Shown here piece after piece: positions 8,895-17,330 of a stretch of 55,906 nt of DNA. The notes beneath the pieces are model-generated. The model was given only the letters and a program-made list of their open reading frames with translations, did no database searches and had not been told where the DNA came from. Position 1 is the first letter of the stretch, and every line of letters begins with the position of its first letter. This stretch comes from a bacterium (GTDB taxonomy: Bacteria; Bdellovibrionota_C; UBA2361; OMII01). The translations under genes were made by a program, and so were the position numbers. The stretch lies in the NCBI GenBank assembly GCA_017853605.1, contig JAFMJG010000001.1, positions 1 to 55,906 on the forward strand, written 5' to 3'.

Positions 8895-10193
8895 CTAAAA
8901 CGGGCCGAAAAGTTCAAGGAGTCCCCCGGGGCCGCTGATGGCAAATCGGCCATCAGGGAGGCAAAACATGGGGGTGAACGCCTCCGCCAGTTGTTGCTGG
9001 GGGGAGAGCGTATTGCTGGCGCGCTCGATCAGCCCGCTCGGCCCGGACCACGACTCAAGCTCGTTGTGCCTCCTTAGGAAGGAGACGAAGCACAGGGCGT
9101 CCCCCTCGTCCAGCTCGCAGCGGCGAATGACGATCGTGTTACTACGAGCTGCGTCAATCTTGATGGCTGAGCCGATCGATTTTCTTATTATCTCCTCATG
9201 CCATCCGGCGTCCCAGGTGTGTGAGAGCGCAATAGTATTGCCGAGCTTGTCGACTGCCACGATTCGCCTGTCACCCAGGAGCTGCGCCTGCATAAGCGGA
9301 TTAAGCGTTGTCTCATAGCATTTTGGCGCCGGGACAAGCGAGCCCGGGCAGGAGAACGGCACTGCGCAGGCAGCGCCTGCGTTGCCGGCGATGACGGTGT
9401 CCGACTGAGCGGTTCCTGAAGGGACATAGCTCACGTACTCGAGGGGGCCGATGTTGAGGGCAACGCTCTCGCACAGCCAACGGCCGCTGCCTTGAGGTGT
9501 GTGGCGCTTCACAACCGAGTCCTCGCCAACAGAGAAGATCTTTCCGGCGGGAGATCCAGCAAGGGCCCTCACCGGCCCATCATGCTCCTCAAGCGGGTGC
9601 CCTGGGTGCGGGCGGGAAGCGGCGAGGGGAAAGCGCACGATAGAGCCGTCCCGGCACCCAGCCAGCACCTGGCCATCAGGCAGCGCCGAGAGCGCGGTAA
9701 TTGGGGCGCCTTCGGCGCGGAGCTCCTCGCCAACCCAATCGCGCCCGCAGCGGCTTAAGCGGAGGATGGTGCCTCTCGTATCGCCGGTTATGACATGGCC
9801 GTTAATCTCTGGTGCGAGGCGGGTGATGGGGGCGCCACTTGCGGGCAACGGGCGTGAGCTGCCGTCAGGAGCCCACAGGAGAAGGGCGCCCCTAGCGTCA
9901 GCCGATACTGCTGAGCCATCCGGGAGGGCTGTCATGTGCGCCACGCGTGTTGTGTGCCCGACGAGCATTTGTTTTGTCGCTTCGAGTGATTTCTGCAAGC
10001 CAGTGTCGGGCTCACGCGATGAGCGCCGCTCAAGGGCGGCGATGTGGTCCAGGCCTTGAGCCAGCCCATCGAGCGACGCGAGGAGCTCTGTAGGTGTCGA
10101 GCCTCCCTGGCTGCGGGAGGCAGCAAAAGCTGAAAGGAGCGCCGTGCGCCAATCACCGAGGGGGGGATATCGCCGGCTTTGATGCTCTAACAC
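8895..10193 (-). CDS. WD40 beta-propeller repeat protein (paralogue 3 of 3 in transcription order)
   Basis: 432 aa. Blades include 'GHTTRVAHMTALPDGSAVSADARGALLLW', 'ITALSALPDGQVLAGCRDGSIVRF' and 'HDGPVRALAGSPAGKIFSVGEDSVVKRH'. It ends with a lone strand 'LPDGRFAISGPGGLLELFG'. Confidence 0.7.
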   Translation of the reverse strand: MLEHQSRRYPPLGDWRTALLSAFAASRSQGGSTPTELLASLDGLAQGLDHIAALERRSSREPDTGLQKSLEATKQMLVGHTTRVAHMTALPDGSAVSADARGALLLWAPDGSSRPLPASGAPITRLAPEINGHVITGDTRGTILRLSRCGRDWVGEELRAEGAPITALSALPDGQVLAGCRDGSIVRFPLAASRPHPGHPLEEHDGPVRALAGSPAGKIFSVGEDSVVKRHTPQGSGRWLCESVALNIGPLEYVSYVPSGTAQSDTVIAGNAGAACAVPFSCPGSLVPAPKCYETTLNPLMQAQLLGDRRIVAVDKLGNTIALSHTWDAGWHEEIIRKSIGSAIKIDAARSNTIVIRRCELDEGDALCFVSFLRRHNELESWSGPSGLIERASNTLSPQQQLAEAFTPMFCLPDGRFAISGPGGLLELFGPF

Positions 10194-10349
10194 CTGTTCC
10201 GCAAGGCCCCCATAGAAGATCTCTTTTTGCCCTCACGATACGCCACCACCGACACTGTATGCCTTGGGGCGCCGCAACAGCAGAGACGAGAAATCAGGGC
10301 CGTGCGAGAGCCGCAGGGGCGCGAGCGCCTCGGGATACGGGCCTTGGCG

Positions 10350-11654
10350 CTAATTCTCATCGCCGTACACCGTGATCGAGCCGTCGCCATTCCAGCGGGC
10401 GAGCCGAGCGCCTGGCAGGGAAACCAGCCGATGGGAGCGCGGGCCTTCGCGGCGGCCGTTGCCTATACTCTCTTCCTCGGCAACACACAGGCGGCTGCGC
10501 CACAGCGGCGGCAGGAATGGCGAAGGCCCCCAAATAAACGTGCTCCACGAGAGCAAGCCTGAGCGAGAGCTCTCCACCACCTGCGCGACCGCGTTTCGTC
10601 CGAGGGGCACCAGATCGATCGTTTGCCCGCCGCCTGGGCTGTCTTCCTGGTGTTGCGCGAGGCTTGACTCAATCTCCCATCCAGGGCCGCTGCGGTGCCT
10701 CCAGATGTAGGCGCACCGTCGAAGCGGCGAGTATCCAACGACTCGGCCATCAGCGAACGGGCTTACTAGCTGTGCCCGTTCGGGAAGGGCATCCTGCAGC
10801 TCAATGTGGTTGCTGCCAGCCTGCACCATTACGCAGCCGACGGAATCGCCCACCACAAAACCCCCTCCCTCGGCAGGCTGGAGAAACGAGGGGCGATCGG
10901 GGCTCTGGTTAGGGAGGCCAACGGAGGAGATCTCGTGACCCGAGGGGCTCCAAACCATGAGGCGCCGATCGGCGCCTACGGTGGCGACCTCGCCGCAGTC
11001 GCCTGCCACAACCTGAAGCACCGGCCCCTCGTGGTATCCGACGATCCTTTGGCTCCAGGAGGCGCTAGAGGTAGGGCGGAAGATCGTCACAGAGCCGTCA
11101 TGTCCCCCTGCCGCGAGCTGTCCGTTGGGGAGCCACGCCAGGCACGACACGGGCGCGCTGCAGTTCGGGAAGCTTGCGGCGCTCCAGCTGCCACAGTAGA
11201 GCTCGCGCCACACCTCAAGGTTGCCATGAGAGTCAACTGAGGCGAAGCTCCCGTCGGCGGCCGCTGCAAGCGACACAAAGCGCCCTGGACGCCGGGCTAT
11301 AAGGGCACTCAGTGGCGATGGTGACTGAAGCTCGCGAGACAGCGGGCCCCAAACCCGAAGATCGCCGTCACCGCCAGCGGACACGAGCCTCCCATCCGCA
11401 AGTGAGGCGATGGGGCAGCCGGGACGGGAGTGGCCGATCAGCCGCCCAACTTTAGAGATTGATGTCGTGGCGCGCGAGCCTGACTGCTCGCTCTGGCGGA
11501 AGTGCTCCTTGACCGACCATAGTTCCTGGGCAAGCAGCGAGAGCTCCCGCATCGTCAGCTCAGCAGACGCGCCTTGCTGTGGCTCGGAGGAGCGGAAGGA
11601 CTCCACGGTCGAGGACCGCCAGCTTTGGGTGGGCATGTGCTGAGAGAAGCTCAT
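10350..11654 (-). CDS. WD40 beta-propeller repeat protein (paralogue 2 of 3)
   Basis: 434 aa. Blades include 'GHSRPGCPIASLADGRLVSAGGDGDLRVW', 'VSCLAWLPNGQLAAGGHDGSVTIF' and 'YHEGPVLQVVAGDCGEVATVGADRRLMVW'. C-terminal strand 'WNGDGSITVYG'. Its ATG overlaps the upstream stop as ATGA. Confidence 0.7.
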   Translation of the reverse strand: MSFSQHMPTQSWRSSTVESFRSSEPQQGASAELTMRELSLLAQELWSVKEHFRQSEQSGSRATTSISKVGRLIGHSRPGCPIASLADGRLVSAGGDGDLRVWGPLSRELQSPSPLSALIARRPGRFVSLAAAADGSFASVDSHGNLEVWRELYCGSWSAASFPNCSAPVSCLAWLPNGQLAAGGHDGSVTIFRPTSSASWSQRIVGYHEGPVLQVVAGDCGEVATVGADRRLMVWSPSGHEISSVGLPNQSPDRPSFLQPAEGGGFVVGDSVGCVMVQAGSNHIELQDALPERAQLVSPFADGRVVGYSPLRRCAYIWRHRSGPGWEIESSLAQHQEDSPGGGQTIDLVPLGRNAVAQVVESSRSGLLSWSTFIWGPSPFLPPLWRSRLCVAEEESIGNGRREGPRSHRLVSLPGARLARWNGDGSITVYGDEN

Positions 11655-13129
11655 TCAAACCTGTAACGCTGGCTACGAGGGATTATCTTGCCGTCAAAAA
11701 TTCGGATTGAGCTGTCACGTGCACAATGGAAGATCCGGCCGTCAGGGGCGTACTTTATATGCTCGTACCGTATGGTGTCCTCCTCCCTGGTGAGGTCTCC
11801 AGGGCAGCTGGAGGGCACGATGTTGCACTCCCACTTGCCGCTCGCTTTCCGGCTAAAGAAGGCGATCTCTGCAATTATGGATGGTGTATTCGAGTACTGA
11901 TACTGCTCAAACGTCGAGAGCACTGAGGAGGAGGGTGACAGGCGCGCTTTGCGGCCAAGCGGCACAGCGGTGCTCCATGGCCCCAGGATAAACACCTCAA
12001 TCAGGCTCAGGCCCTTTCCCGCTGCATAGTGAGCAAGTGGCCGGGTATCGATGGCGGCGCCGCTGACAGGCTTCCAGGAGCTTGCGGACTGGTCCCAATT
12101 CTCCATGATGAGGCCGGTGCCGTCGGGTTTCCAGTGAAGTATCGAGGCGCCGCGCAGGAAAATGGCCTCAAGGCCTACCGTGCAGGCAACGCGCCACTGC
12201 CCCTGCGGTGACCGCACCAGCATGTGAGAGGAGCGACCCTTGCTGTGCACGCCGATCAAGCTGTCGCTGTAGGGTTGGATGTGCTTTATCTCAAGCAGGG
12301 GGCCGCCCTCTGGCCTGACGACCTTCTGGATTGCCTTCCCCGGCTTCAAGGGATCCCATAGGCAGATCACGCCATCCTCGCCGAGTGACGCGATGGAGCT
12401 CCCTTCGTAGCAGGCGCTGACCTGCCTGATCTTTGCGCCGTGGCCCCCCAGCGAGACCGGGTCTCTTGATGGGCCGTCGCGCCAGATCCGGATGCTGCCG
12501 TCAGCCGATCCTGAGAGTATTGAGCCATCGAGAAGGTGATCAAAGCAGGTTATCGCAGCGCATGGCCCCCGAAACGTCTCGCTCAGGGAATACCTTCCAT
12601 CTTTGGTGGGGTCCCAGCGCACGATTGTGCCATCCCGCATGCCAGCGACGAGCCGGTTATTGTTGAAGCCAACGAGGGTGCTTATCTTTTTGGGCAGGTG
12701 ATCACGAAGAATTTGTGTCGTGCCAAACCTGCCGAGAGCTATGTCTGCCTCCCCGGTATGCTGTAGACAGACCGAGCCGTCATCGCCCTGGTAGACGAGC
12801 TGTCCATTCCTCATAACAAACCATTTATTAGATGGCAGAGCTGGTCCCGGCACGGTGGCAACGTGACGGTACTGGTGCTTCGGAAGGGAGTCATGAGTCA
12901 GCCCGGCGCGAAGCATCTCGATGTGCTGCAGGTCCTCAAGCTCTTGGCAGAGCCCCTCAAGGGCCTTTGCGGTGTCGGCGTTATTTGCGAGCCCCGCGTT
13001 CGCTAGCGAGCTCTCGGCAAACTGGGAGACAAGCTGGCGGCTCTGGGACGGCAGGGGAAGCTTGGGGTCCGCAGCTGGTCCGGAGCCGGGGGAACTGTGG
13101 GGCTGCTGAATCGATGACATGTCGTGCAC
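11651..13129 (-). CDS. WD40 beta-propeller repeat protein (paralogue 1 of 3)
   Basis: 492 aa. Blades include 'NNRLVAGMRDGTIVRW', 'ITCFDHLLDGSILSGSADGSIRIW' and 'GHGAKIRQVSACYEGSSIASLGEDGVICLW'. C-terminal strand 'YAPDGRIFHCARDSSIRIFDG'. Confidence 0.7.
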   Translation of the reverse strand: MHDMSSIQQPHSSPGSGPAADPKLPLPSQSRQLVSQFAESSLANAGLANNADTAKALEGLCQELEDLQHIEMLRAGLTHDSLPKHQYRHVATVPGPALPSNKWFVMRNGQLVYQGDDGSVCLQHTGEADIALGRFGTTQILRDHLPKKISTLVGFNNNRLVAGMRDGTIVRWDPTKDGRYSLSETFRGPCAAITCFDHLLDGSILSGSADGSIRIWRDGPSRDPVSLGGHGAKIRQVSACYEGSSIASLGEDGVICLWDPLKPGKAIQKVVRPEGGPLLEIKHIQPYSDSLIGVHSKGRSSHMLVRSPQGQWRVACTVGLEAIFLRGASILHWKPDGTGLIMENWDQSASSWKPVSGAAIDTRPLAHYAAGKGLSLIEVFILGPWSTAVPLGRKARLSPSSSVLSTFEQYQYSNTPSIIAEIAFFSRKASGKWECNIVPSSCPGDLTREEDTIRYEHIKYAPDGRIFHCARDSSIRIFDGKIIPRSQRYRFE

Positions 13130-13226
13130 TGCCTACCGCTGGCCCACCACGGGCCCGCAGGGCGCAGTATACGGGCGGCGTATGGTCTTACTGCTAGGCT
13201 GAGGAGTCAGACCAGCATAGACGAAG

Positions 13227-14438
13227 ATGAGTCGGAACGCCGCGCGTGGGCCCCTGTCATCAGCGCCACTTGGGCGGGCGCTTTACACCCAGGATTGGCA
13301 GCGCTACCCTGTCGCCTTCATCATGATTGAGCCAATTTCAGAGACCAACAGGGCACCGCTGCCGGCGCGCGCCAAGCTCCTGCTGGGCTTATTCGGGGTG
13401 CTCGTGAGCGCCGGGGCTATCGAGGCTGCCTTCCGGATCGTGTCCCCGGCGCTCAAGCCGGCCTCCTGGAGCGATCGGCCGTACGCCTTTTTCCTTCCCG
13501 CTCGCTCCGGCACGCTGCAGGACGGGGATCCGCACCCTAAGCAGCCAGGTTCCTTTCGCGTCGCGGTGGTCGGCGACTCATTTACCTTCGGGCCCCAGCT
13601 GCAGCTCTCAGACACCTTTCCAAAACAGCTTGAGCGAATGCTCAACGAGAACGGGGGGCCCCGCCACGTAGAGGTGCTAAACCGGGGGGTTAGTGGGACC
13701 TCAACGGCTGACCAGGTTGAGGTCGTTCGGGGTGCTCTTGCCGAGGATCTCGACCTGCTGGTGCTAGAGGTTACGCTAAACGACGCGGAGCCTCACATCC
13801 TCTCGGCTCGCGAGCGCGGCGCGCTCTTCGGCGGCGACTGGCTCTTGTCGCCGATCTTCAGCTGGTGGAGATCCCTCGGCTATGTCGCCGAGCGCGTGCA
13901 CAACTCGCAGACAGTGAGGCGCTACATCGACTACCACACGAAGTTTTTTGCAGAACCGGAGTCTCGAGGGCGATTTTCGGGGGCGCTCGGCCGAATCGCA
14001 GCGCAGGCAAAGGAAGCCGGGGTGCCGATCTTCGCCGTGGTGTTTCCGCTCTTTGACTTCACCGTCGACGCGCGCTACCCGTTCTGGAGCTCGCATGCCG
14101 CTGTGGGCGAGGAGCTTGCCAAGGCGGGGATTCCGGGCCTCGATCTCGCCAAGGCGTACCGCAACATCCCGCCAGCGAGGCTGCAGGTGGTGCCGGGCGA
14201 CGACAACCACCCAAATGAGATAGCGCACCGCATCGCTGCTGAGCGGCTCCTGGCAGCGCTCATCGAGGAGCGGCTCGTCCCTGCCGAGCATGCGCCAACG
14301 CGCGTTTTCCGGGAGCGGAAAGATCGTAAGGGCAGGCCAGCTGATCCGGCGCGGGTTTGGCCCCGGGCAGTTCGTGGGCTGACTGAGCGGAATGCCGCTG
14401 CGCCGCAGCGGGGCTCGCCTGAGGAAGGGGAAGAGTAG
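13227..14438 (+). CDS. SGNH/GDSL-family hydrolase with N-terminal membrane anchor
   Basis: Block I 'FRVAVVGDSFTFG' (GDS). Block V 'VPGDDNHPNEIAH' (DxxH). TM anchor 'AKLLLGLFGVLVSAGAIEAAF'. The true start may be the internal ATG at 13323 ('MIEPIS...'). Confidence 0.7.
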   Translation: MSRNAARGPLSSAPLGRALYTQDWQRYPVAFIMIEPISETNRAPLPARAKLLLGLFGVLVSAGAIEAAFRIVSPALKPASWSDRPYAFFLPARSGTLQDGDPHPKQPGSFRVAVVGDSFTFGPQLQLSDTFPKQLERMLNENGGPRHVEVLNRGVSGTSTADQVEVVRGALAEDLDLLVLEVTLNDAEPHILSARERGALFGGDWLLSPIFSWWRSLGYVAERVHNSQTVRRYIDYHTKFFAEPESRGRFSGALGRIAAQAKEAGVPIFAVVFPLFDFTVDARYPFWSSHAAVGEELAKAGIPGLDLAKAYRNIPPARLQVVPGDDNHPNEIAHRIAAERLLAALIEERLVPAEHAPTRVFRERKDRKGRPADPARVWPRAVRGLTERNAAAPQRGSPEEGEE

Positions 14439-14461
14439 GGGAGCCTAAGGAGGCGCCGCCG

Positions 14462-15253
14462 CTAGCCTGGCTGCACAGCAGAGCGGATCTTCTCCTCAAT
14501 CTTGTTCACCACGACAGCCATGTTCGTCGCGGCGCGCTGAATGGCCGAGAGCGCCTCCTCTGCAGAGGCGGAGAGCCCTTGGCTTGAGTGCGCGACGAAC
14601 GCCATGGCAACGATCTCCTGCAGCGGATTGTTAAGGTCGTTGCGGATATCGGCCCCAAGCTCTGAGATGCGCGAGAGCGGGGCAGCTGGAGACGCAACAG
14701 GCTGCTGAACGTGCTGCCTCACGGAGACCCGCCGCAGCTCAACGAACCGGTAGCCCGGGTGCGAGCTGATCTCAGAGCGGGTGGTCGTTAGGTCGCTAAT
14801 TACCACCAGCTCCGGAGGGGGGCTCATGAGCTCAAGAAACTCGTGAAGCTTGGCGAGAGGGCCATCGGGAAGCACCGAGCTCGAGAGGATGATATCGATC
14901 GTCCGGCGCTTCAAGATCCAGAGCGCCAAGTGCAGGGTCGGCGCAAAGAGTATCGTTGCTCCCGGGAGGGTTCGGGAGAGCTCCACCGTGATCTCCTGGG
15001 CCAGGCCCTGGCTGGCGTTAATGACCAGCACCGTGCTGGTGTTGCCGGCAGTCCGAGTTGAGGGCGGGATAATCGGGGATCCTTCAACGGGGCGTTGGGA
15101 CAGGTGGCCCAGAAATGGGTCTTGGTACTCAACGCTCTTCTGCGGGCGGATGATGCGCACGTCCGAGCCGGACGCCACGTCCTTGACGACCTTTTCCTGG
15201 TCGATTGTAACTGTTCGGCGCGTTACGCGTGGCTGGCTAAAACTGCTGGACAT
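14462..15253 (-). CDS. Hypothetical protein: receiver-like domain without acidic pocket/phospho-acceptor Asp + DHp(HisKA)-like helix with degenerate H-box, no ATPase domain
   Basis: The ORF is open to 15370, but the ATG at 15253 ('MSSSFSQ') has GGAG 7 nt upstream. The receiver-like layout is 'VLVINASQG...TILFAPT...IDIILSSSVLPDG...ELVVISD', with NA replacing DD and Ser replacing the acceptor Asp. 'ADIRNDLNNPLQEIVAMA' resembles the H-box 'SHDLRNPL' with Asn in place of His. Confidence 0.5.
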   Translation of the reverse strand: MSSSFSQPRVTRRTVTIDQEKVVKDVASGSDVRIIRPQKSVEYQDPFLGHLSQRPVEGSPIIPPSTRTAGNTSTVLVINASQGLAQEITVELSRTLPGATILFAPTLHLALWILKRRTIDIILSSSVLPDGPLAKLHEFLELMSPPPELVVISDLTTTRSEISSHPGYRFVELRRVSVRQHVQQPVASPAAPLSRISELGADIRNDLNNPLQEIVAMAFVAHSSQGLSASAEEALSAIQRAATNMAVVVNKIEEKIRSAVQPG

Positions 15254-15379
15254 GTTCGCTCCGTAGGACGACCCACAGGTTAAGATGACCGGAGCCCCCA
15301 CAGCCGTTTCAGCTTTTAGCAAAACTTTTTGGGCTGAGCCCCCGCGTCTCGGGGCACGAGGGCTCCGCAAGACGCCGTT

Positions 15380-17053
15380 TCACCGGCGCTTGCGCCGGCG
15401 CTTTGGCCTTGGGCGCTGCTTTAATATCTTCGGACGCTTGAGGATGCTTGGCGTCACCAGCTCCTCGTCCTTTCCCTGAAGCTCGAGGTTGCTGATGAGC
15501 ACGGCAGGACTGATGGTGCTGATCGGAATGAGCCCTGACTCGGCTCCACAGTAGCCGTTGTCGAGCTCAGGCTGGTCGCCAACAGCTGCCACATTGCTGA
15601 GCGCCTGGAGGGGCGTGCCGATGAAGTTCACCCCCCGAACGCACACCTCTCGGCCATTAGGGTAGACGAGGGTTGCGAAGGCTATGTCCCCTGAGAAAGC
15701 CTGGAAGTCGTAGTTTGTGGTGTCGGTCTCGCCGCCGTTTGTCTCGTAGACGATCATTCCGAAGGGCTTCTTCTGGCGGCGGATCTCCTGCAGCAGCTTC
15801 GCCTTCAGCCGCTCCAGCGGCAGACCCCCCTTGGCCTCTACGATGGTGACGGCCATTCGGCTTATCGGCTGCTGGTGCTGCCTGGTGCGCGCATGGCCAT
15901 TTGACTGGTGCCTCCCTTTCGCGTAGGCAGCGCGCGTTGAGAGGAATCCCTTTAGCACTCCCCCCTCGATCAGGACCGCATTCTGCGCCTTCACGCCCTC
16001 GTCATCGTATGCGTAGGCGCCGATGCAGCGCTTGCCCTTGTATGAGTGCATTGAGGGATCGTCGCGGATGGTGATGGGAAGCTTGAAGATCTCCTTCCCC
16101 TCCTGCCCACGGAAGGTCTGCCCCTCGCCCGAGGAGAGGAGCCTGCTTCCCTCAAGGCGGTGCCCGAGGGCCTCGTGGAAGAGAAGCCCCGCCGGCCCCG
16201 GATACAGGAGCACCGGGCCTGAGAAGGCGTGAATCTTGCGCGCGCGGGAAAGGCGCATCAGCTGATCATACTTCTGGAGCACGAGCTTCTTGAAGCGCGC
16301 CATATCGGGGAGCTCGCGCTGCAGCCCCGCGTTGATTACGATCTCCTGCTCAAGCCGAGAGCCCTCGCTCGTCAGCTTGTGCAGGTTGGCGCTGAGAGAA
16401 AATACTTGAGAGCTCTGGACGGTGACGCTCCCCTCTGTGCTCACAAAGATGCGTGTCTCCTGCGAGAGGTCAAACTCGACCCAGCTGCCGGAGAGACGCG
16501 GCAGGCTCGATATCCAGAGCGACGCGCGCTTGCAGAAGCGGCTCCACCGCTCATAGTCGACAACGTCAAGCCGCGCGGGCCGCCGAAGGCTCGCGCGCTT
16601 GGCGCGGGTAAACGACCTGATGCCGCGGTTTGGGTCAGGGGTCGATATGCGGCTCGCCTGGCGCTGGTTGTAGTCGTTGAGCGCCTCACGGAATTTGCTC
16701 TCAAGGAGCTTCCACAGCGTGATTCGCAGCCCATCAAAGGCGGTGTCATCGATCGGCACGGTGTGGAACGAGCTGCTCTCAAGGTCATCGTCCGGCTCCT
16801 TTAGCCCCCCGTCAGTCACCTGATCATACTCGTAGGACCCGACCCGCAGGTCGCAACACACGGTGCGGGTGCGGTCGGTCTGGGAGCGGCCTGTCGATCC
16901 GGCGCTCGCCCACGTGTTGAACGTGTCGATGTCCTTCAACAAAAATGAGCAGTAGTACGGGGCTGGAAAGCCGGGAACACGCATGCTCAGGGCGCGTCGG
17001 GCATCCCTGCGCAGGATAGGGATTAGGCTCTCGACGGTGGCGCGTGTCAGCAT
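15380..17053 (-). CDS. tldD: TldD/PmbA-family metalloprotease (TldD-like) with polybasic C-terminal tail
   Basis: 557 aa. Zinc motif 'FHEALGHRLEG' (HExxxH). The C-terminal 'GYCGAESG' region is typical of the family. The tail is 'KRPKILKQRPRPKRRRKRR'. Confidence 0.8.
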   Translation of the reverse strand: MLTRATVESLIPILRRDARRALSMRVPGFPAPYYCSFLLKDIDTFNTWASAGSTGRSQTDRTRTVCCDLRVGSYEYDQVTDGGLKEPDDDLESSSFHTVPIDDTAFDGLRITLWKLLESKFREALNDYNQRQASRISTPDPNRGIRSFTRAKRASLRRPARLDVVDYERWSRFCKRASLWISSLPRLSGSWVEFDLSQETRIFVSTEGSVTVQSSQVFSLSANLHKLTSEGSRLEQEIVINAGLQRELPDMARFKKLVLQKYDQLMRLSRARKIHAFSGPVLLYPGPAGLLFHEALGHRLEGSRLLSSGEGQTFRGQEGKEIFKLPITIRDDPSMHSYKGKRCIGAYAYDDEGVKAQNAVLIEGGVLKGFLSTRAAYAKGRHQSNGHARTRQHQQPISRMAVTIVEAKGGLPLERLKAKLLQEIRRQKKPFGMIVYETNGGETDTTNYDFQAFSGDIAFATLVYPNGREVCVRGVNFIGTPLQALSNVAAVGDQPELDNGYCGAESGLIPISTISPAVLISNLELQGKDEELVTPSILKRPKILKQRPRPKRRRKRR

Positions 17054-17089
17054 ACTTCTAGATTACGGGAGGATGGGGGGTATTCTCAA

Positions 17090-17105
17090 ATGCACCTACG
17101 TGCAT
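17090..17105. promoter_or_regulatory. Inverted repeat ATGCAC-CTAC-GTGCAT upstream of the tldD-like gene
   Basis: Perfect 6-bp arms, 37-52 bp upstream of the tldD-like start (17053). Candidate operator. Confidence 0.3.
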
Positions 17106-17310
17106 AAATGCCCAGTAGATAAGAGTAGTTGCAGCGTAAAACGGTGCGTGTTGGGAGCCCTTTTTTTAGGCCTCAGCAGTGCCTGTCTCCAGGACCTTAG
17201 CAGGCTTTGTTTGTGGCTCCGGGAAGCCCTTAATCGGCGAGCATGTGGCGGAGTTGAGGTTAGCGGCTAAGACCCTCAGGTGCAGGATCTCCGTATGGGG
17301 AGCTGCCGGG

Positions 17311-17330
17311 GGGCCTCTGGCCCTTTTTTT
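17311..17330 (+). terminator. Short GC hairpin + T7 reading as a plus-strand intrinsic terminator
   Basis: GGGCC-TCT-GGCCC followed by TTTTTTT (17324-17330). On the minus strand, the strand of both neighbouring genes, the run precedes the hairpin as A7, so it is not a canonical terminator for them. Confidence 0.3.
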
